64,000 bases of DNA. Origin: Alphaproteobacteria bacterium. Lineage in GTDB: Bacteria > Pseudomonadota > Alphaproteobacteria > SP197. This document shows, in pieces, positions 56,893 to 64,000 of this stretch; within the stretch, counting starts at the first letter, position 1, and each line of letters starts with the position of its first letter. The notes below the pieces were generated by a model. The model had not been told where the DNA came from. It saw nothing but the letters and a program-made list of their open reading frames with translations, and did no database searches. The stretch is from the NCBI GenBank assembly GCA_965228895.1, contig OZ245842.1:2839964-2903963 (forward strand), written 5' to 3'. Both the position numbers and the translations under genes were made by a program.

Positions 56893-58266
56893 ATGGATTT
56901 TTTTGCCAAGTCCGCCCTTTTATCCAGGGGTTGGGCGCAGGACGTGTTGTTGCGAACCGACGACGACGGTCTGCTGAGCGAGGTTCGCAGCAACGCTCGA
57001 CCGACACGCTCGTCCCTGCGTTTGGCCGGCCCGGTTATGCCCGGCATGCCAAACCTCCACAGTCACGCGTTTCAGCGCGCCATGGCCGGCCTTGCCGAAA
57101 GCGCCGGTAAGGAGCCCGACAGTTTCTGGACATGGCGTGAGGTCATGTACCGGTTCGTGAGTCGGCTTGACCCCGAGCAACTGGGTGCCATCGCCGCGCA
57201 GCTCTATCTGGAAATGCTGAAGGCCGGCTATACGTCGGTCGCTGAGTTTCATTACTTGCACCACCAGCCGGGTGGTCGCCCGTATGACGACTTGGCGGAG
57301 ATGGCGAACCGCATTGTGCGTGCCGCCCAGCAGACCGGCATCGGTCTGACCTTGCTGCCGGTGCTCTACGCCTATGGCGGGTTCGGCGGCAAACAGCCGG
57401 CGCGCGGCCAGGCGCGGTTTATCAACGGCGCCGACCGGTTCTTGAGACTGGTGCAGGAGTTGAAGGCGCGTCACGACAACAAACTCAACATGCGGATCGG
57501 CATCGCGCCGCATTCGCTGCGCGCCGTCACCAAGGGACTTCTTTCGGAAACACTGACCGGCCTGAACCGGATGGACGACACCGCGCCGGTGCACATTCAT
57601 ATCGCCGAACAAACGCGCGAAGTCGAAGACTGCCAAGAGTGGTCGGGCATGCGACCTGTGACGTGGCTCTATAACCACTTCAACGTCGGGCCGCGCTGGT
57701 GCCTGGTGCATGCCACCCATATCAACCGGATGGAAGCCTGGATGGTCGCAAACAGCCAGGCGGTCGTCGGTTTGTGCCCGACAACGGAAGCCAACCTGGG
57801 CGACGGCATCTTTCCGCTTGGCCTATATCTGCGCGGCGAAGGTTCGTTCGGCATCGGGTCGGACAGTCACATCTCCGTCAGTCCGATCGAGGAACTGCGC
57901 TGGCTTGAATACGTGCAGCGGCTGCGTCGCGAGATTCGCAATGTCGCGGTCACCGACCGCCAGCGCCATGTCGGCATGCGGCTGTGGCACGATACCGTCG
58001 CCGGCGGCGCCCAAGCGCTTGGCCAGCCGGTTGGCGGGCTGAAGATCGGCAACCGCGCAGATTTTATTGTCGTCGATCCCAACCATCCGCTGCTGATTGG
58101 TCGCGAAGGTGCGACGTTGGTCGACTCGCTGGTTTTCTCCGGCAACCAGAATCCGATAACCGATGTTTTCGTCGGCGGCGAACAGGTGATCACCGACGGT
58201 TTCCACGAACGCGAAGAGTCGATCAACCGGCGGTTCCGCCGCGCCATCAACCAACTTCACGCCTAG
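56893..58266 (+). CDS. hutF: Formimidoylglutamate deiminase
   Basis: The product starts MDFFAKSALLSRGWAQDV. PGMPNLHSHAFQRAMAG and VHIHIAEQTREVEDC are present. It is divergent from hutI. Confidence 0.85.
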   Translation: MDFFAKSALLSRGWAQDVLLRTDDDGLLSEVRSNARPTRSSLRLAGPVMPGMPNLHSHAFQRAMAGLAESAGKEPDSFWTWREVMYRFVSRLDPEQLGAIAAQLYLEMLKAGYTSVAEFHYLHHQPGGRPYDDLAEMANRIVRAAQQTGIGLTLLPVLYAYGGFGGKQPARGQARFINGADRFLRLVQELKARHDNKLNMRIGIAPHSLRAVTKGLLSETLTGLNRMDDTAPVHIHIAEQTREVEDCQEWSGMRPVTWLYNHFNVGPRWCLVHATHINRMEAWMVANSQAVVGLCPTTEANLGDGIFPLGLYLRGEGSFGIGSDSHISVSPIEELRWLEYVQRLRREIRNVAVTDRQRHVGMRLWHDTVAGGAQALGQPVGGLKIGNRADFIVVDPNHPLLIGREGATLVDSLVFSGNQNPITDVFVGGEQVITDGFHEREESINRRFRRAINQLHA

Positions 58267-58512
58267 AACGGACCAAACATTGTAGTCGGTCAGCGTTTGC
58301 CGGCACTTCGGGCAAAACCCAGCAACATTCAACATGTAAGCAATATTCGCAAACTATGACAGCCGTCACACCGTTCTTTCTCGCGTAGGTTGCGACTCAT
58401 TAGTATTGTCAATCCCGCCAACTGCTCTATCGCGGGTTGTGGTCGGCTGTTTCCCCGGCATACGCCCCGGCTGAGCGACTTGATTAAGACAAAATCTGGA
58501 GGGACTTGGATT

Positions 58513-58992
58513 ATGTCTTTTGGACGCCGAGACGTTTACGACCGACGGAGCGAGCCACGCACCGATATCCTGCAACGGGTCAGCCTAGTCTTCGGAGAAA
58601 AAGATGCGACGGCGACTGGGTTAATCCGCAACATCTCGATGAGCGGCCTAAGGTTTGTCGCCGACACGCCGCTCAACCTGCCGCGCCACGTAACCTTGGT
58701 CTTCGGCAACGGCGAGCGCTTCGACTGCGATGTCGTGCGCGAGGAAAACGGTACGGAGTTCGGTTTGAAGTTCGCCGACCTCGGCGCCTTCGGCCGCTCC
58801 GAGGCTAAGGAGAGCATCGACGCAGTCTATCAAATCACCAAAAGCCGCTCGCCCATGGACATCTACAACATGATGGAGCGGGTCGAATTTTTTGGTGACG
58901 AGGAACTCGAGTCGGCAACGCGCGACTATGCCGCCGCCTATGATCACATGATCGGCCTTTACCGAAAGCGGGTCTTTGCGCAGCAAACGTAG
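58513..58992 (+). CDS. PilZ domain protein (putative c-di-GMP receptor)
   Basis: TGGAGGG lies upstream of the ATG. RRSEPRTDIL is an RxxxR-like motif and IRNISMSGLRF is an N/DxSxxG motif. Confidence 0.65.
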   Translation: MSFGRRDVYDRRSEPRTDILQRVSLVFGEKDATATGLIRNISMSGLRFVADTPLNLPRHVTLVFGNGERFDCDVVREENGTEFGLKFADLGAFGRSEAKESIDAVYQITKSRSPMDIYNMMERVEFFGDEELESATRDYAAAYDHMIGLYRKRVFAQQT

Positions 58993-59081
58993 TGCACACC
59001 GGGCTCATTGCCCGCCGGACCGCAACCAACCCGGGCACGAGCGCCACAGCGGCGAAAGCGGGTTCTCTCGATGTCATGCGG

Positions 59082-60644
59082 TCAGACGTTCATCGCAAAC
59101 AGATCCGCGGGCATAAATCGACGGAACCCGCCATCGCGCACCAACGTGGCGATGGTTTCGATGTCGGGCGCGAAAAATCGGTCTTCGTCATAAAAGGGCA
59201 CGCGTTCGCGTACCAGGTTCATCGCGCCGGCAAGCTTTGCCGAGGTGTGAAGCGGCTTTCTGAAATCGATACCTTGGGCGGCGGCCAACAGCTCGATCGC
59301 GGTAATCGCGGCTGCGCTATCGGCCATGGCGAGCAGCCGGAATGCGCCGTGGGTCGCCATCGAGACGTGGTCTTCCTGGTTGGCTGATGTCGGCAGGCTG
59401 TCGATGCTGGCCGGTGCTGCCTTCTGTTTGTTCTCGGCGGCAAGCGCGGCAGCCGTCACCTGGGCGATCATGAAACCGGAGTTGACGCCGCTGTCGTCGA
59501 CCAGGAACGGCGGCAGGTTACTCATCCGGGCATCGGTCAGAAGCGCGATGCGGCGCTCACTGAGCGAACCGATCTCGGCCAGCGCGAGCGCCAGGTTGTC
59601 GGCGGCAAGCGCAATCGGCTCGGCGTGAAAGTTTCCGCCAGAGAGCACATCACCGTCGGCGGCAAACACAAGTGGATTGTCGGTAACACCGTTCGCTTCG
59701 CGCGTGATGATATCACCGGCAAAGCGCAGATGGTCGAGGCACGCGCCCATCACCTGGGGCTGGCAGCGCAGCGAATACGGATCCTGCACACGATCGCAAT
59801 CGACATGGGACTTGCGGATCTCGCTGCCGTCGAGCAGATCGCGGTAGAGTGCCGCGATGTCCTGCTGACCTCGTTGCCGGCGTACGGCGTTGATGCGCTC
59901 GTCAAACGGGGCGTCGCTACCGAGCGAGGCGTCGATACTCATGGTGCCGGCGATGACGGCGGCGGCGAAGACGTCGTGGATGGCCAGCAGGCCACCCGCC
60001 GCAAGCGCGGTCGACACCTGGGTGCCGTTCAGCAGCGCCAGACCTTCTTTGGCATCGAGTTGAAGCGGCGCCATGCCGAGCGCTTCAAGGCCCTCCTCCG
60101 CCGGCATCGATTTGCCGGCGACCTTGATCGACCCGACGCCGATCAACGCGGCCGAGAGATGGGCCAGCGGCGCCAGATCACCGGACGCGCCGACCGACCC
60201 TTGCTGCGGCATCCGCGGCAGGGCGTCCGCATTGTAAAATGCCAGAAGCGCTTCGATGACCTCGCGCCGACACCCGGAGAAACCCTGGCTGAGCGCGTTG
60301 ATTTTGAGAGCCAGCGTCCGGCGCACGACGGCATCGGGCAGCTCGGCACCGACACCCGCCGCGTGGCTCAAGACGATACGGCGCTGCAGGTCGCGCAGAC
60401 GGTCATGCGGGATCGAGGTGTTGGCCAGGCTGCCGAAACCCGTGTTGATGCCATAAACCCGCTCGGTCCCGTTGGCGACCGCCTGGACCAGATCGGATGC
60501 CCGTTCGATCGCAGGCCACGCGTCGTCGTCTATCGTCAGGCGGTTTCCCGCGTCACCAAGCACGGCAATATTGCTGAGCGTGAGCTGGCCGGGCACCAGC
60601 CGAAAGTCATTGGTCATCGTTTCGATCTGCACCACCAGGGGCAT
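59082..60644 (-). CDS. hutH: Histidine ammonia-lyase
   Basis: GSVGASGDLAPLAHL is the MIO-forming ASG triad. The product is full length at about 510-520 aa. The start is either 60644 or the ATG at 60617. Confidence 0.95.
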   Translation of the reverse strand: MPLVVQIETMTNDFRLVPGQLTLSNIAVLGDAGNRLTIDDDAWPAIERASDLVQAVANGTERVYGINTGFGSLANTSIPHDRLRDLQRRIVLSHAAGVGAELPDAVVRRTLALKINALSQGFSGCRREVIEALLAFYNADALPRMPQQGSVGASGDLAPLAHLSAALIGVGSIKVAGKSMPAEEGLEALGMAPLQLDAKEGLALLNGTQVSTALAAGGLLAIHDVFAAAVIAGTMSIDASLGSDAPFDERINAVRRQRGQQDIAALYRDLLDGSEIRKSHVDCDRVQDPYSLRCQPQVMGACLDHLRFAGDIITREANGVTDNPLVFAADGDVLSGGNFHAEPIALAADNLALALAEIGSLSERRIALLTDARMSNLPPFLVDDSGVNSGFMIAQVTAAALAAENKQKAAPASIDSLPTSANQEDHVSMATHGAFRLLAMADSAAAITAIELLAAAQGIDFRKPLHTSAKLAGAMNLVRERVPFYDEDRFFAPDIETIATLVRDGGFRRFMPADLFAMNV

Positions 60645-60770
60645 CGCACGATCTGCGACGCCGGAACTCCTCGATTAAACCCGTGATTGCGCCAGCGCAA
60701 GCTTGTTTACATGGCTCGATTGCGGCCTTAGCGTCATCGTCTAAAGGGTTCTGCTCAAAGGATAACATCC

Positions 60771-62297
60771 ATGACAAGGGAGCGGGCGCGCCGGCGCGAG
60801 AGGCGCAGCAAGGGGCAACGCTTTCATCAACTGCCGTGGCGGCGGGTGACCAACCCGTTCCCGCCGCTTGAGGCCGTTTCCGCCGACGAACTGCAGATGA
60901 TCCAGGATCGTTCGCTGGAGGTCCTGGAAGATATCGGCATCGAGTTCCTGGACGACCGCGCGCTCGACATTCTTCAAAAGGCCGGCGCCGATGTCGATCG
61001 CGGCAACCGGCGCGTTCGCTTTGACCGCAATCTCGTCGCCGAGGCCGTCGCCAAGGCGCCGGCCCGTTTCACACTTCATGCCCGTAACCCCGAACGCAAT
61101 CTGGAGATTGGCGGCAACGCGATCGCATTTTCGCCAGTCGCCAGTCCGCCGTTTGCTTCCGACCTGGACAACGGCCGGCGCGAGGGCAACTTCGCCGATT
61201 ACCAGAATTTCTTGAGGCTCGCGCAAAGCCTCAACATCCTGCATCTGGTGTGCGGTTATCCGGTCGAACCGACGGACCTACCGGCACCGACCCGACATCT
61301 CGATTGTTACGCGGCCTTCGCACGGCTGACCGATCGCGCTTGGCACGCCTATTCGCTGGGCCGCGACCGTGTCGAAGACGCGCTCGACATTATCTGTATG
61401 GTGCGCGGCATCGATCGCGAGCAATTGATGCACGAGCCAAGCGTCGTTACGGTCGTCAATGCCAACTCGCCGCTTCGCTATGACGGCCCGATGCTGGATG
61501 GGCTTCTGCGTATGGCCGATCATCACCAGCCGGTCATCGTGACGCCGTTCACGTTGTGCGGTGCCATGGCGCCGGCGACGGTGGTCGGCGCGTTGACGCA
61601 GCAGAACGCGGAAGCGCTGGCCGGCATGACGTTGATCCAACTCGCCAATCCCGGCGCGCCGGTGATGTATGGCGGCTTTACCAGCAATGTCGACATGAAG
61701 TCCGGCGCGCCGGCCTTCGGCACGCCGGAATACACCCGCGCCGCCTTGATCGGCGGTCAGCTTGCCCGGTTGAACGGCGTGCCCTATCGCTCCAGCAACA
61801 CCAACGCGTCGAACGCGCCCGATGCCCAAGCGGCGTACGAATCCCAGATGTCGATCTGGGGCGCCGTAATGGGCCACGTGAACCTGATGATGCACGGCGC
61901 CGGTTGGCTGGAGGGCGGCCTGGTGGCGAGTTTTGAAAAGATGATCATCGACGTCGAGATGCTGCAGATGATTGCCGAAGTCCTGGAGCCGATCACGGTC
62001 ACGGACGCGGAGATCGGCATCGAAGCCATGGCCGATGTCGGCCCTGGCGGTCACTTCTTCGGGACCCAGCACACACTGGATCGCTACGAGCACGCCTTCT
62101 ACGAACCCGTCGTCTCGGACTGGCGCAACTTCGAAAGCTGGGTCGAGGCCGGCAGTCCCGATGCCGCCCAGCGCGCCAACGTCATCTGGAAACAATTGCT
62201 GGATGACTACACGCCACCACCAATGGACCCGGCGATCGAAGAAGAACTTGAGGCGTTCGTGAGCCGGCGCAAGGCTGAGACCAAAGACGCCGCCTGA
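60771..62297 (+). CDS. MttB-superfamily (non-pyrrolysine) methyltransferase, paralog 1
   Basis: The product is 508 aa. The N-terminus carries ...HQLPWRRVTNPFPPLEAVSADELQMIQDRSLEVLEDIGIEF. The C-terminal motifs GPGGHFFGTQHTL and SDWRNFESW are typical of the trimethylamine methyltransferase family. There is no in-frame TAG. Confidence 0.85.
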   Translation: MTRERARRRERRSKGQRFHQLPWRRVTNPFPPLEAVSADELQMIQDRSLEVLEDIGIEFLDDRALDILQKAGADVDRGNRRVRFDRNLVAEAVAKAPARFTLHARNPERNLEIGGNAIAFSPVASPPFASDLDNGRREGNFADYQNFLRLAQSLNILHLVCGYPVEPTDLPAPTRHLDCYAAFARLTDRAWHAYSLGRDRVEDALDIICMVRGIDREQLMHEPSVVTVVNANSPLRYDGPMLDGLLRMADHHQPVIVTPFTLCGAMAPATVVGALTQQNAEALAGMTLIQLANPGAPVMYGGFTSNVDMKSGAPAFGTPEYTRAALIGGQLARLNGVPYRSSNTNASNAPDAQAAYESQMSIWGAVMGHVNLMMHGAGWLEGGLVASFEKMIIDVEMLQMIAEVLEPITVTDAEIGIEAMADVGPGGHFFGTQHTLDRYEHAFYEPVVSDWRNFESWVEAGSPDAAQRANVIWKQLLDDYTPPPMDPAIEEELEAFVSRRKAETKDAA

Positions 62298-62423
62298 TCG
62301 TCACCGCAGTCTCGGCTTTGGCGTTTTCGTGACCAAAGGTGACGCCCTGGTGCTTTCCAGCGGCATGAGGCGCTCCCTAGCCTTTCGCCGACCCTCATAG
62401 AGAACAGTTCAGGCGGATTCCTC

Positions 62424-63953
62424 ATGGCCCGACGCACATCTAGACGCCAAGCCGGCGGCCGGGCCAAAGGCGCCCTTCATCAGTTGCCCTGGCGGCAGGT
62501 CAGAAACCGGTTCCCGCCGGTCGATATCCTGAGCGCCGATCAGATCGAGCACATCCACAACAGCTCGCTTCAGGTGCTCGAAGAATTGGGCATGGAAGTC
62601 ATGGGCGAGAGTGCGCGGCGTCTTCTGAAAGACGCCGGCGCCGATGTCGACGACGCGACCATGCGCGTGCGCTTCGACCGCACCATGGTGATGGAACAGA
62701 TTGAGAAGGCGCCGGCGGAGTTCACCATCCACAGCCGCAACCCCGACCGCGACGTTGTCTTTGGCGGCAACCACGTGGTCGTCACGCCGGTCAGCAGCAC
62801 ACCGAACTGTTCGGATCTCGACCGCGGCCGCCGCCCCGGCAGCTACGACGACTTCTGCGATCTCCTGCGTCTCTCCCAAAGCCTCAATGTCGTCCACTAC
62901 TACGGCGGCTATCCGGTCGAACCGCAGGACCTGCCGGTGCCGACCCGTCACCTGGATTGTTACATCGCGTTCATCACCTTGACCGACCGCGCGTGGCGCA
63001 CCTATTCGCTGGGCGGCGACCGGTGCCGTGACGGCATCGCGATGAACAAGATCGCGCGCCAGATCGGCGACGATGAGATGCGCGCCAAACCCGGCCTGAT
63101 GACCATGATCAACACCAACTCGCCGCTGCGCCTGGACGGGCCGATGAGCGAGGGTTTGATGGAGATGGCGCGCGCCGGTCAGGGCGTTGCCATCACGCCC
63201 TTCACCCTGTGCGGGGCGATGGCGCCGGCGACGCTTGCCGGCGCCCTGGTGCAGCAGAATGCCGAGGCGTTGGCAGCGCTCGCCCTGGTGCAGTTGGCCA
63301 ACCCCGGCAATCCCGTGATGTATGGCGGCTTTACCAGCAATGTCGACATGAAGTCGGGCGCGCCGGCCTTCGGCACGCCGGAATACGTCAAAGCGACGCT
63401 GGCCGGCGGTCAGTTGGCGCGCCATTACGGCATTCCCTTCCGCACCAGCAACGTCAACGCCTCGAACGCGCCGGACGCGCAAGGCGCGTACGAGTCCGGC
63501 ATGTCGTTATGGGCCGCGTTCCTGGCGCACGGCAACATGATCCACCATGGCGCAGGCTGGCTGGAAGGCGGCCTGGTCTCCAGCTTCGAAAAGATGATCA
63601 TCGATGCGGAGATGCTGCAGATGATGTTCGAGACGCTGGAGCCGCTCGAGGTCACCGATGACGCCATCGGCCTCGACGCCATGCGCGAGGTCGGGCCGGG
63701 CGGCCACTTCTTCGGTGCTCAGCACACGCTCGAACGTTATGAGACCGCATTCTATGCGCCCATGCTGAGCGACTGGCGCAACTTCGAGACCTGGGCCGAA
63801 GCCGGCAGCCCGGACGCGGCGCAACGCGCCAACCGGATCTGGAAGCAGCTTCTGGAGAGTTACGAGGAACCGGCGCTTGATCCGGCAATTCGCGAAGAAC
63901 TCGACGCCTATGTCGCGCGGCGCAAGGAAGAAGGCGGCGCCGAAGACAGCTAG
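62424..63953 (+). CDS. MttB-superfamily (non-pyrrolysine) methyltransferase, paralog 2
   Basis: The product is 509 aa. It is collinear with and about two-thirds identical (by eye) to the upstream paralog, with the same motifs (GPGGHFFGAQHTL, SDWRNFETW). Confidence 0.85.
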   Translation: MARRTSRRQAGGRAKGALHQLPWRQVRNRFPPVDILSADQIEHIHNSSLQVLEELGMEVMGESARRLLKDAGADVDDATMRVRFDRTMVMEQIEKAPAEFTIHSRNPDRDVVFGGNHVVVTPVSSTPNCSDLDRGRRPGSYDDFCDLLRLSQSLNVVHYYGGYPVEPQDLPVPTRHLDCYIAFITLTDRAWRTYSLGGDRCRDGIAMNKIARQIGDDEMRAKPGLMTMINTNSPLRLDGPMSEGLMEMARAGQGVAITPFTLCGAMAPATLAGALVQQNAEALAALALVQLANPGNPVMYGGFTSNVDMKSGAPAFGTPEYVKATLAGGQLARHYGIPFRTSNVNASNAPDAQGAYESGMSLWAAFLAHGNMIHHGAGWLEGGLVSSFEKMIIDAEMLQMMFETLEPLEVTDDAIGLDAMREVGPGGHFFGAQHTLERYETAFYAPMLSDWRNFETWAEAGSPDAAQRANRIWKQLLESYEEPALDPAIREELDAYVARRKEEGGAEDS

Positions 63954-64000
63954 GGCGCGCCGCCGCCTTTCGTGTCAAGGCCGCTTTCATCCGGTTTAAG

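Noticed and set aside
61278-63482. Long minus-strand ORFs (305 aa and 357 aa) antisense to both MttB genes.
   Set aside because: They are antisense shadows. The plus-strand products carry clear MttB-family motifs.
60771-63953. Pyrrolysine (in-frame UAG) in the MttB homologs.
   Set aside because: Both ORFs are continuous from start to stop with no internal TAG, so they are non-Pyl members.

Overview
This is a 64-kb chromosomal window with high GC (roughly 63-65% by eye). The gene content looks alphaproteobacterial, possibly a marine Rhodospirillales-type organism, but that is a low-confidence inference. I call about 58 protein genes, one tRNA-Pro(CGG) and no rRNA. I see no CRISPR array, prophage, IS transposase or recognisable defence system.

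Housekeeping genes include an LPS-type glycosyltransferase trio, ygfZ, ppdK, glyQS, sppA and ispB. They are interleaved with nitrogen and osmolyte catabolism genes:
- three Tat-signal PotD-like binding proteins
- an agmatinase-family hydrolase with a TetR regulator and a palindromic operator
- hutI, hutF and hutH
- two tandem non-Pyl MttB methyltransferases
- a class-III aminotransferase, an amidohydrolase and a PhyH dioxygenase

There is also a serine-cycle-like sga-mtkA-mtkB unit that could easily be mislabelled sucCD.

The most unusual locus is 47.7-52.3 kb. It holds an 850-aa Sec-signal protein with about 150 cysteines arranged as (Cys-x-x)n. These include eight 150-bp tandem units whose peptides are identical. 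The one pair I compared differs only at wobble positions. The protein ends in a cytochrome P460-type CxxCH domain. It is flanked by a periplasmic rhodanese, a cytochrome c and an exported FGE-family protein.

Other candidates worth a second look:
- a translationally coupled five-gene membrane operon built around a ferric-reductase-TM/Rieske fusion (25.4-27.9 kb)
- a 140-bp TA-flanked, three-hairpin mosaic element present twice, with compensatory stem substitutions
- a FIST / exported protein / TM-[2Fe-2S]-adenylate cyclase module

All calls come from reading the ORF translations and the DNA by eye. No database search was run.
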